Assembly: GCF_006345805.1 (NCBI RefSeq)
Contig: NW_021835431.1
Span: forward strand, 1 to 40,172
Length of the DNA stretch: 40,172 nucleotides
Source of the DNA: Octopus sinensis
Lineage: Eukaryota
Direction of reading: 5' to 3'
The notes below the pieces were generated by a model that saw only the letters and a program-made list of their open reading frames with translations, ran no database searches and was not told where the DNA came from. Shown here piece by piece: positions 23,920 to 34,855 of the stretch; the stretch's first letter is position 1; each line of letters starts with the position of its first letter. Made by a program: the position numbers and the translations under genes.

Positions 23920-24180
23920 TACTGCTGCTGCTGCTGCTGCTGCTGCTACTACTACTACTATCACATACACCACCAACATGACCATCATCCTTCGAACTAC
24001 AACTATCATCATTATCCTCATTTTCTTCTTTATCCCCACCGCAAACACCACCACCACCGCCGACACCACCACCACCGACACCACCACCACCGACACCACC
24101 ACCGCCGCCGACACCACCACCGCCGCCGCCACCACCGCCACCATCGTCATCGTCTAAAGACCATTCCTATGACCACCGCT
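22900..24180. repeat. Compound trinucleotide microsatellites (GAC/CAC/TCC/TAC/TGC)
   Basis: Direct inspection; explains the homopolymeric ORFs. Confidence 0.9.
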
Positions 24181-24454
24181 GATGCGGTCAACATACCCTC
24201 ATCAACAACATCATCACCATCACCATCACAACACGAACAGTAAATACCAACACAGCTACAACTACCGCCCACACAAAACACACACACACACACACACACA
24301 CCACACACACACGTACAAACACACGCACACAGAACCATGCGTACACACACACGCGCATTTTTCTTTCTCTATATAGTTGGAATGTTTTCCAACTATATAT
24401 GCAAAAATTCACACCTGTGCAGGGACAGTATATATATATATATATATATATATA

Positions 24455-24856
24455 TACTCTTTTACTCTTTTACTTGTTTCAGTCATTTGACTGCGGCCAT
24501 GCTGGAGCACCGCCTTTAGTCGAGCAAATCGACCCCGGGACTTATTCTCTGTAAGCCCGGTACTTATTCTATCGGTCTCTGTTGCCGAACCGCTAACTGA
24601 CGGGGACGTAAACACACCAGCATCGGTTGTCAAGCAATGCTAGGGGGGCAAACACAGACACACAGATACACAAACACACACACACACACACACATATATA
24701 TATTTATAGATATATATACATATATACGACAGGCTTCTTTCAGTTTCCGTCTACCAAATCCACTCACAAGGCATTGGTCGGCCCGAGGCTATTGCAGAAG
24801 ACACTTGCCCAAGGTGCCACGCAGTGGGACTGGACCCAGAACCTTGTGGTTGGTAA
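24455..24856 (-). mobile_element. SINE family A/B, 5'-truncated
   Basis: Tail and most of head present. Confidence 0.9.
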
Positions 24857-25420
24857 GATTTGTATATATATACAAATATATTGACTGCACTTGAAACCTT
24901 CGTTCTTGTTTACCTCACTGTGAACTCTATGCTATTGCACCTATTCGTTTCTGGAGTCCTGTGTTGACGTACCTACATTCTATTAAACACTCATAACACT
25001 AATACATACATACATACATACATACATACATACATACATACATACATACATACATACATACATACATACATACATACATACGTACATAAACTAATACATC
25101 TGTTTATTGTTTACACACCCGTCTTCGTCTTCTGCTTTTTTGTAAATTCTTACTACATACATTATGTATACACACATGCGTATACATACATTTATATTTA
25201 TAATATATATATATGTAGATATATATATATGTTTGTATATATGTATATATATGTATATATATGTATATATATGTATATATATATATATATATTATATATG
25301 AATATATCTGTATATACATGTCTACTTACCTAACCACCTACCAACCTACCTACCTACCTACCTACCTACCTACCTACCTACCTACCTACTACCTACCTAC
25401 CTACCTACCTATCTACCTAG

Positions 25421-25799
25421 TGGAGGCGCAATGGTCAGTGGTCAGGGCAGCAGACTTGCGGTCGTAGGATCGCGATTTCGATTCCCAGACAGAGCGTTGT
25501 GAGTGTTTATTGAGCAAAAAAATATAAGGCACCACCAGGCTCCAGCAGAGGATGGTGGTGATCCCTGCTGTACTCTTTCACCACAACTTCCTCTCACTCT
25601 TTCTGCCTGTTTCTGTTGTAACTGCATTTCAAAGGACCGGCCTTGTCACACTCTGCGTTGCACTGAATCTCCCCGAGAAATACGTTCAGGCTACACGTGT
25701 CTGTGAAGTGTTCAGCCACTTGCACGTTAATTTCACGAGCAAGCTGTTCCGTTGACCGGATCAAATGGAACTCTCGCCGTCGTAACCGACGGAGTGTCA
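25421..25799 (+). mobile_element. SINE family C inserted in a (CCTA)n tract
   Basis: GGAGGCGCAATGG head, tail GTAACCGACGGAGTG; (CCTA)n on both sides. Confidence 0.88.
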
Positions 25800-25836
25800 C
25801 CTACCTACCTACCTACCTGCCTGCCTGCCTGCATGC

Positions 25837-25898
<62 letters not shown>

Positions 25899-25987
25899 CT
25901 ATCTATCTATCTACTATCTGCATAAACATAGCTGGGGTGTCTACTTTTGAGATACATGTATATATGTATATATATTTATATATATAT

Positions 25988-26019
<32 letters not shown>

Positions 26020-26144
26020 AATACATGTACATATATATATATATATACACACATGTATATATTACATTTCTATCATATGTATGTATATATGTATATATAT
26101 ATATGTATATATATGTATGTATGTGTATATCTATATATATACAT

Positions 26145-26190
<46 letters not shown>

Positions 26191-26425
26191 GTATGTATGT
26201 GTATATATATATACACACATATACATATATAGATACATACATATATACAAATGAATATATATACAAACATACACTATCTATCTGTCTATTCATCTATCAA
26301 TCTATACGTACACATACATACATACATACATACATACGTACGTACATACATAATACATACATACATACATACATACATAACTACATACATACATACATAC
26401 ATACATACACACATACATACATACA

Positions 26426-26457
<32 letters not shown>

Positions 26458-26835
26458 CAGAACAGAGAAAAGTGATGGAAGATAGATAGATAAACAGATA
26501 GACAGACTAGTAGAAATATTGGCAAAATGGACGGTCATAATCCCGCCATATATGTCTAACAAATTGGTTAGCGCACATTGCATCAGCATAGCATCCTCAT
26601 CTTGACCATCATCAGCATCACCATTGCAGTCGCTAGTAGTTGTAGTAGTGGTGGTGGTGCTACTACTAGTAGTAATAATATAGTAGTAGTAGTTGTACGA
26701 GAAGTAGCAGTAATAGTAATAGTGTTTGTGGTGATGGTGGTGGTGGTGGTGGTAGCAATAGTGGAAGCAGTAGTAGTAGTAATATTACTACTACTACTAC
26801 TACTAACTACTACTACTACTACTACTATATACTAC

Positions 26836-26872
<37 letters not shown>

Positions 26873-26940
26873 TAGTAGTAGTAGTAGTAGTAGTTGTTGT
26901 AGTGGTAGTAGTAGTATCAGCAGCAATAGCAACAACAACG
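25800..26940. repeat. Compound microsatellites (TATC, TA, CATA, TAG/TAC)
   Basis: Direct inspection. Confidence 0.9.
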
Positions 26941-27854
26941 TAGCTTATATGTGGCTGAACGCCGTGCTAGAAATAATAGCGAAAATATTTCTGTTGATTA
27001 ACACCTTTCAGCCATAAAAAGGTATGAGTACAGATATACATCGGAGACTAGAGTTCTAAGTAGAAATCGACGAAGTGGTCACGGCCATAATGGGTTTATC
27101 ATAGGTCTACTAGAATAGAGCTTGCCAAGGCCTAAAAAACATCATCATCATCATCATCATCAAAACACAACAACGATTGTAATTCGCTACAATCAAGACC
27201 AACCCCAAACGAAGCAAACTGCGGCCCGAATGACTCACTGAATGGCCCGCCTTATGAAAAGTTACCTTGAACATTTTAGGATTGCGGCCCGCCTATTAAT
27301 AATCTGTACCTCACCCAGCCCACTTCTCGAAAACGTTGCCCATTCCCGTACTATACTGTCTGTTGACATGCTAGAAATAGTAACTAAATCTCTCAAATTA
27401 CATCATACTGTCTTAAAATGGGAGGATACATTTGATCATATAGTCCCAGAAACACTGAAATGGATTGTTCTCGAATACCGTCGACTAAACGTCTATTTCG
27501 TCGTAATTGATTATAACAGCTTTCTAGGCCTGGAGAGAAAAGTAAGCAATGGCCTTGGTTTTTGGATTGTCAATAAGACCAAATTCGGCGCTAAACAACA
27601 ACAAACAACAACAATCACGAGATTTAGAATATCGGCACAAAATCCGGTTCCTCTCTTTTTGCCAAGAGAACCTAAAGATAAAAGCAACACAAAACTGTTA
27701 CACTCAGCAACAACAATCTCCTCTCGTGTCAGCCACATCAAAGAACTTCAAATGCAACCAACCATCGCTCTTTAACAGCTGCCTACACCAGAGAAAATAA
27801 ATCTACAGGAGAAACCCAGCAAGATATTTGAAGAGAACCTTTTTGTTATTGCAG

Positions 27855-27884
27855 CAAGCGTCAATTTTCACACTTCATACCTCT
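27855..27884 (+). other. Candidate 30-nt microexon of an unidentified host gene
   Basis: CCTTTTTGTTATTGCAG| 30 nt |GTAAGT; no stop in any frame; outside recognisable repeats. Confidence 0.3.
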
Positions 27885-28017
27885 GTAAGTATAACCATCT
27901 CTAAACATCCAGATATATCTTACTACGCCGCAGTACGGGTACAGTCACATCTGAGTACTTCTACGCAACTCTAACGACATAGAGACGTAGCAAAACTTAA
28001 AAAAAACTAAGACACAG

Positions 28018-28164
28018 ATGTGGCCGTGTGGTTAAGGGAGTTCGCTTCGCATCTATGTGGTTTTCGGTTCAGTCCCACAGCACGGGAACCTGGTCGAGTG
28101 TCTTCGCCAACCAAGGGGGTTTTGGGAGTGAATTTGGTAGACGGAAACTGTGCGGAATCTCACA

Positions 28165-28165
<1 letters not shown>
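28018..28165 (+). mobile_element. Diverged SINE family A/B head
   Basis: GTGGCCGTGTGGTTAAG, GGTTCAGTCCC, GGATTT-like..GGTAGACGGAAACTG. Confidence 0.75.
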
Positions 28166-28232
<67 letters not shown>

Positions 28233-28300
28233 TATATATAATATAGTATTATATATATATATAATATATATATATATTATATATATATATATATTATATA

Positions 28301-28335
<35 letters not shown>

Positions 28336-28365
28336 AATATATATAATATATATATATATATCTTT

Positions 28366-28590
28366 AATGGCCTACTGGTTAGGGCAGCGGACTCGCGGTC
28401 GCAGGATCGCGGTTTCGATTCCCAGACTGGGCGTTGTGAGTGTTTATTGAGCGAAAACTCTTTCTTCTGTTGGCCTGGTCACTTAGCTAGCGGGGTGGCG
28501 TCATTCTAAGGCTAAAATAATGCGAACACATTGTGACCAGCGATGTGTAACAACATCTGATGGTCTGGTCGGTCACGTGATCACGTGATA
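28366..28590 (+). mobile_element. SINE with family C head joined to tail E
   Basis: GGTTAGGGCAGCGGACTCGCGGTC head followed by TGGCCTGGTCACTTAGCTAGCGGGG..TCACGTGATCACGTGA. Confidence 0.8.
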
Positions 28591-28602
28591 TATATATATA
28601 TA

Positions 28603-28691
28603 TCTTACTTGTTTCAGTCATTAGTTTCTGCTGATATACCCTCCAGCCTTCATCAGGAATCTTGGGTTCTCATCCCTAAGGTATTTTTCGA

Positions 28692-28732
<41 letters not shown>

Positions 28733-28804
28733 TCACTGCCTGGAATCGAACTCGGAACCTTGGGATTAGTAGCCCGCGCTCTTAACCACTACGCCAGTGA
28801 CCTT

Positions 28805-28856
<52 letters not shown>

Positions 28857-29075
28857 GTAATAATAGTAATAATAATAACATCGAAAAATACCTTAGGAAT
28901 GAGAACCCAGGTTCGAAATTTCCCCAAGGCACCCGATTAAGGCTGGAGGGTATATCAGCCGAAACGTTGTGTTTACAAAAAAAAAGATGAGGACAAATAT
29001 CCATCAAATGTAAATAATGTAAATAATGTACATAATTCCTCATCCCTTAAATATAGAACTGAAACAAGCAAAAGA
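28603..29075. mobile_element. Inverted two-copy element: tRNA-like head + (AAT)n + hammerhead-containing tail
   Basis: Minus copy has intact CTGATGA..GAAAC (28624-28656); plus copy motif at 28927-28974. Both share AACATCGAAAAATACCTTAGG(A/G)ATGAGAACCCA. Confidence 0.75.
28731..28802 (-). ncRNA. tRNA-like Pol III head (72 nt), not a canonical tRNA
   Basis: 8-bp terminal stem GGTCACTG/CAGTGACC; A box TGGCGTAGTGGTTAA; B box GAGTTCGATTCC; anticodon-arm-like GGCTACTAATCC reminiscent of tRNA-Ser(GCT). Anticodon and T stems poorly paired. Confidence 0.7.
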
Positions 29076-29246
29076 ATGAACGTAAGGATAAAAGAACATT
29101 TATAGACACAGAAAGAGAGAAAACAAAAATACTCGGAGTTATGTAAAACTTCTCACCGACATTCACAATATTTCAGGCTGAGTAAAAAGTAAGCAACGTT
29201 TTGAAAAATGAAATTCATCACAATATATTTCAACAATGCGGAAATT

Positions 29247-30260
29247 TTATTCATCAGAGTAAGTACCATTACAATCAACACATTTTTGCCAATGAGTTAC
29301 AGGTTTGTTTATTCCGGTTACATACAAATCTGGAGTGCTGGAGCTGATGAACTCTTTGAAAGCACTTTCAGCATCAGTTTGATTTTTGAACTCCTTCTCT
29401 CGCAGGAAACCATCAAGGTGTTTGAGAAAGTGGTAGTCGGTAGGAGAAAGGTCTGGGGAATAAGCTGGGTGGGGAAGAACTTCGTTGCCAATTCCTCTCA
29501 ACTTCTGGAGTGCCATTAGTGAAACGTGAGGTCCACCATTGTCGTGAAGAATGATTGGCTCTCTTCTGGGATGGAGGAATAGCATTTTTCGTTCATTTTG
29601 GCAATTCCATGGCAATATGTTTCTGCAGTAATGGTTTTTCCAGGTTTTAAGAAGTTATAGCGGGCGAGTCCACCAGTACACTACCAAACAGTCACCATAA
29701 CCTTCTTTTTAAAGAACTCGGGTTTAAGGAAGGTTTTCGGTGCTTAATTTTGGTCCAACAACTGCGAAGAACGTTTTTTATTTTGCACAGAATCCACTTA
29801 TCATTGCACGTTACAATACGGTCGAGAAATGGATCGGCCTGGTTACAGAGAAGAATCGACGAGCAAATTTAAAATCTGCACATTTTCTGAATTTTATTCA
29901 AATCGGGTGGTATCCATTTGTCGAGGTTTTGTGATTTTCAATCGCATGCAAATGATTGTAGGCAGCTTTCTGGCTAACTTGAAATTCTTTTGCCAGTTCT
30001 CGAGTGGTTTTACGTGGATCTTTCTCAATGACGGTCTTTAATTGACTGTCATCGATGACAGATGGGCGTCTATTACGCTCACGATCTTCAAGGCTCAGGT
30101 CTCCAATGCGAAATCGTTTAAACGATTTTCGAGCTGACCACTCACTGACCATTTCCTCACCAAACGTTTTGCTGATATCGCGAGCAGTTTCCGCTGCTTT
30201 ACGTACTTTTTTGAAGTTGAATAGCAAAATTGCTCGAGTATCGCGCTTTGACAGTCCCAT
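29247..30260 (-). pseudogene. Mariner transposase pseudogene
   Basis: N-terminal HTH region (KAAETARDI..FKRFRIGDLSLED..RPS), HDNGGPH and PHPAYSPDLSPTDYHFL motifs; broken into two ORFs. Confidence 0.92.
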
Positions 30261-30397
30261 TTCAGATGATTGTAAGAACGTTGAAAAAAAATATCAATGT
30301 TAATTTATTGATGCATTCGAGCAAGTCTATGTCTGTATTATCAGACAATTTCAAAATATGCTTTACAAAATTCAAAACTCTGCAGAAATCCGGTACT

Positions 30398-30799
30398 CTC
30401 TCTCTTTTACTCTTTTACTTGTTTCAGTCATTTGACTGCGGCCATGCTGGAGCACCGCCTTTAGTCGAGCATATCGACCCCGGGGCTTATTCTTTGTAAG
30501 CCCAGTACTTATTCTATCGGTCTCTTTTGCCGAACCACTAAGTGACGGGGACGTAAACACACCAGCATCGGTTGTCAAGCAATGCTAGGGGGACAAACAC
30601 AGACACACAAACACATACACACACATATATATATATACATATATACGACAGGCTTCTTTCAGTTTCCGTCTACCAAATCCACTCACAAGGCATTGGTCGG
30701 CCCGGGGCTATAGCAGAAGACACTTGCTCAAGATGCCACGCAGTGGGACTGAACCCGCAACCATGTGGTTGGTTAGCAAGCTACTTACCACACAGCCAC
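30398..30799 (-). mobile_element. SINE family A/B nested in the mariner
   Basis: Near-identical to the copy at 18808; lies between the transposase start and the TIR. Confidence 0.92.
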
Positions 30800-31213
30800 T
30801 ACTTCTTCATAGTTCAAAATGTTGCTTACTTTTTACTCAACCTGATAGTAAAGATAGCAACACGATGCCCAGTCATAAAGCATTAAGAGGTTCCACATTT
30901 GATCAACAGAAAAAGCAATAACGGTGTATCATAATTCTTCGTTATTTTAATACAATGCCTAAAATTTTGAAGAAAGGAGATGAGTCGGTTACTTGATTGG
31001 TACTTTATTTTATCGGCCACGAATGTTGACTGTGGCGGGATTTCTACGCAGATCATAAAGAGCTGGAAGAAATGCCGCTAGGCATTTTTGTCCGACGCAC
31101 TAACGACTTCGCCAGCTTGTTGCCTTACAATGGAGCGTCGTAATAAGTTGAATCCATTATAGATAACGTCGTGTTGCGTCGAATTCCAATCGCTTCGCAA
31201 TACCATAAGGTGA

Positions 31214-31637
31214 TAAGGTGACTCTGGGTTTTCTGTACATGAGAAAAATAGGTAATGGTCTGACATTAGATAAGGCGACCCTGGGTTTTCTGCACATAAG
31301 AAAAATAGGGAATGGTTACACGTTAGGTAAGGTGACCCTGGGTTTTCTGTATATAAGAAAAACATGGAATGGTTACACGTTAGGTAAGGTGACCCTGGGT
31401 TTTCTGTGCATGAGAAAAATAGGGAATGGTTACACGTTAGGTAAGGTGACCCTGGGTTTTCTGTGCATGAGAAAAATAGGGAATGGTCTGACATTAGATA
31501 AGGCGACCCTGGGTTTTCTGCACATAAGAAAAATAGGGAATGGTTACACGTTAGGTAAGGTGACCCTGGGTTTTCTGTGCATGAGAAAAATAGGGAATGG
31601 TTACACGTTAGGTAAGGTGACCCTGGGTTTTCTGTGC
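31214..31637. repeat. 57-bp minisatellite, about 7.4 units, with higher-order pattern
   Basis: TAAGG(T/C)GACCCTGGGTTTTCTG starts at 31214, 31271, 31328, 31385, 31442, 31499, 31556, 31613. Confidence 0.95.
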
Positions 31638-31934
31638 AACAATGGTGCACATGAAAATACAAAAAATACCAAGGATCTGTCATGGGCTGTGTTTCTTTTG
31701 CGTGGGAACCCCAAGCCTGTTCGCAACAACAAAAACCAACAACAACGAGGACGCTGACAACAACAGTAACAACAACAGTGTTGTACAAACAATAGAATAG
31801 ATCCTTCATGATTTGTAAGTTCTGCGTGGGATCCTCAATCTGTTTACAACAGCATAAAACAAAAGCATCAACAACGCGGACGACAACAACATCAACAGCA
31901 ACAACGATAAATAACAACAACAATACAACAGATT

Positions 31935-32166
31935 AAGGCGGTGAGCTGGCTGAACCGTTAGCACGCCGGGCGACATGCTTAGCGATATTTCGCCTGTCGC
32001 TACTTTCTGAGTTCAAATTCCGCCGAGGTCGACTTTGCCTTTCATCCTTTCGGGGTCGATAAATTAAGTACCAGTTGCGCACTGGGGTCGATATAATCGA
32101 CTTAATCCGTTTGTCTGTCCCTGTTTGTCCCCTCTATGTTTAGCCCCTTGTAGGTAATAAAGAAAC
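31935..32166 (+). mobile_element. SINE family D monomer
   Basis: AAGGCGGTGAGCTGG head through TAAAGAAAC. Confidence 0.9.
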
Positions 32167-32366
32167 AAACAATACAACAAATTCATCATGGATTGTGGCA
32201 GTTTTGTACGAACTCACAATCCGTCACAAACAACTACTACTACAACAACGATAGAAACAACCACAAAAAATACAAAAACAGCTGGTGTACAAGATAAATA
32301 GGAGATCCATCATGGATTGTTTCAGTTATACTTTAGTCACAAAAACAGTAGCAACAACAACAGAAG

Positions 32367-32565
32367 TGGAGGCGCAATGGCCCAGTGGTTAAGGCAGCGG
32401 ACTCGCGATCGTTAGAACGCGGTTTCGATTCCCAGACCGGGTATTGTGAGTGTTTATTGAGCAAAAAAACCTAAGCTCCACGAGGCTCCGGCGAAGGGTG
32501 GGATTAACTCCGCTGTACTCTTTCACGACAACTTTCTCTCACTCTTACTTCCTACTTCTGTCACA
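32367..32565 (+). mobile_element. SINE family C, 3'-truncated
   Basis: GTGGAGGCGCAATGGCCCAGTGGTTAAGG head. Confidence 0.85.
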
Positions 32566-32777
32566 AAGCAGAGGAACCATGGTGTAACACACTATGGTGT
32601 GGTAATCTTTCAGACCCTAGTCTAGATTGCGAATCCTCTGTACCCCAGGATGGTTCAGCTCTCCACCCGTTAAAAGCCACCGTTTACGGAATTAGGATAA
32701 CAACGTAGCTTTCGCGTCCGTGCAACTGCCGCCAGTCTATCGCGTGTGGTGGGTGGATCTTGAAGTTGCCTCACGCA

Positions 32778-33255
32778 GAAGAAGAAGGAGGAGAAGAAGG
32801 AGAATGAGAAGAAGGAGAAGAAGGAGAAGGAGAAGAAAAAGAAGAAGGAAAAGGGGAAGAAGGAGAAGAAAAGAAGAAGGAGAAGGAGAAGAAAAGAAGA
32901 AGGAGAAGAGAAGAAGAATAAGAAGAAGGAGAAGGAGAAGAAGAAGAAGTAGAAGGAGGAGAAGAAGAAGAAGAAGAGAGAAGAAGAAGAAGAAGAAGAA
33001 GAAGAAGAAGAAGAAGAAGAAGAAAGCGAAGAAGAAGAAGGAGAAGAAGGAGAAGAAGAAGGAGAAGGAGAAGAAGAAGAAGAAGAAAGAGAAGAAGAAG
33101 AAGAAAGAGAAGAAGAGGGAGGAGAGGAGGAGGAGGGGAATAAGAAGGAGGAGAGAAGGAGAAGAAGAGAAGAAGGAGAAGAAGGAGAAGAAGAAGAAGA
33201 GAAGAAGAAAAAGAAGAAGAAAGAGAAGAAGAAGAAGAAGAAGAAGAAGAAGAAA
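32778..33255. repeat. (GAA/GGA)n purine microsatellite, about 480 bp
   Basis: Direct inspection. Confidence 0.97.
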
Positions 33256-33416
33256 ACAACAGAAACAACAATGTTGTACAAACGAAATAATGTACATAAT
33301 TCCTCATTTCTTAAATATAGAACTGTAAAGAGGAACAAAACCTCATACATTACTTGACCCCACCCCACCAAAAAACTTACAGACATACAAAAGAGCTGAA
33401 GAGAGACCTTCTACAC

Positions 33417-33969
33417 CTATGGTTTTCAACCGGGGGCCATATGACATCTGAGGGCTCATATAAAATTTTTGGGGGTCCACGCAAACGGATAGTAAATTGA
33501 TCCAAAATAGTATTTTAAAGAATGGTTGTATACTGTCAATCTAACAAGAACGTGACAGTAGGGGGTACACCACCGTTGTATAGCCCTAGAGCTATACAAC
33601 GGTGGTGTAACCCCTACTGTCACGTTCTTGTTAGATTGACAGTATACAACCATTCTATCGCCCCACCACCGTACAGGTCTCTACGAGAGATTTAGAAATT
33701 CAATATGTCTTATAGTATTTTAAAGACCTCCCTGAAAAGGGTTTTCTTAAGATGGGTGTATTGGTACGTATTGTTTGAAATAGCTGGGTTTCTTTCTCTA
33801 TCATTTTCCATAGTTCAACCTATGCAGGTTAATGTACGTGAAACAAAATAGGAAATTTGAAAGAAGTTTCTAGAAAACTAGTTTTTAAACATCGAATGGC
33901 TTTGGGAGTCCACCAGAGTAAAACAGTAACCAAAGGGGTCCATCGTTAAAAAATGGTTAAGAACCTCTG
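33417..33969. mobile_element. hAT-like MITE containing a 138-bp palindrome
   Basis: Ends CTATGGTTTTCAACC / GGTTAAGAACCTCTG (Charlie-like CAGTGGTT(C/T)TCAACC); 8-bp flanks TTCTACAC / CGCTACAC. Confidence 0.7.
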
Positions 33970-33978
33970 CGCTACACT

Positions 33979-34392
33979 TATTTCTTTATTGCCCACAAGG
34001 GGCTTAAGATAGAAGGGACAAACAAGGACAGACAAAGGGATCAAGTCGATTACATCGACCCCAGTGCGTAACTGGTACTTAATTTATCGACCCCGAAAGG
34101 ATGAAAGGCAAAGTCAACCTCGGTGGAATTTGAACTCAGAACATAACAGCAAGCGAAATACTTATTTCTTTACTACCCACAAGGGGCTAAACACAGAGGG
34201 GACAAACAAGGACAGACATAGGTATTAAGTCGATTACATCGACCCCAGTGTGTAACTGGTACTTAATTTATCGACCTCGAAAGGATGAAAAGCAAAGTCG
34301 ACCTCGGCGGAATTTGAACTCAGAACATAACAGCAAGCGAAATACCGCTAAGCATTTCGCCCAGCGTGCTAGCGATACTGCCAGCTCGTCTC
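33979..34392 (-). mobile_element. SINE family D dimer
   Basis: Junction GAAATA-CT-TATTTC near 34155-34168; both units share the variant ACATAACAGCAAGCG. Confidence 0.9.
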
Positions 34393-34855
34393 TTGACTTA
34401 CTGTCACTTGACCTGATAGAAATAGCTACCACATTTCACTCGAAATACAGTTTAACTCTGGAAAACAGAGAGCACATGATAGTACGCTCCTGGTACCCTG
34501 TAGCTTGGAAAAGGGTGGGATAGTCACGACAGGAACGCTGTCTGTTCGACTGACAACGAACTCAAGAATCAATACGGAAGCTTTAGGTGGTCATTGGGGC
34601 TGCTAGAAACCGCAACACCAATATAATCGTAATGGAAGGATATGTTAGATAATGCAGAAATAAGATAACTGAACATAAACATGATTGCCACGTTTGGAAG
34701 GTCTTTCGTAACATGTTAAAATTAACCTGACTTTAACGATAACACTTAAATATGTATGAATATATATGTATATATATGTATATGTATGTATATGTATGCA
34801 TAAACATTCATATGTATGTTCATGTATGCTTATATATGCATTTGTGTGTATGTGT

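Larger units (their letters stand above)
29173..30845 (-). mobile_element. Mariner (Tc1/mariner, Hsmar1-like) DNA transposon, near full length, with nested SINE
   Basis: TIRs TCAGGCTGAGTAAAAAGTAAGCAACGTTTTG (29173) and CAAAATGTTGCTTACTTTTTACTCAACCTGA (ends 30845), followed by TA; about 1.27 kb without the SINE. Confidence 0.92.

Noticed and set aside
27242-27775. 177-aa ORF
   Set aside because: Overlaps an old repeat motif and (CAA)n; no recognisable domain.
28731-28802. Functional tRNA-Ser gene
   Set aside because: Anticodon and T stems mispaired, no long variable arm, ACT anticodon atypical; treated as a SINE-like head.
31214-31637. CRISPR-like array
   Set aside because: No unique spacers, no cas genes, eukaryotic repeat context.
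32670-33386. Long Arg/Lys- and Phe/Ser/Leu-rich ORFs
   Set aside because: Translations of the (GAA)n tract.
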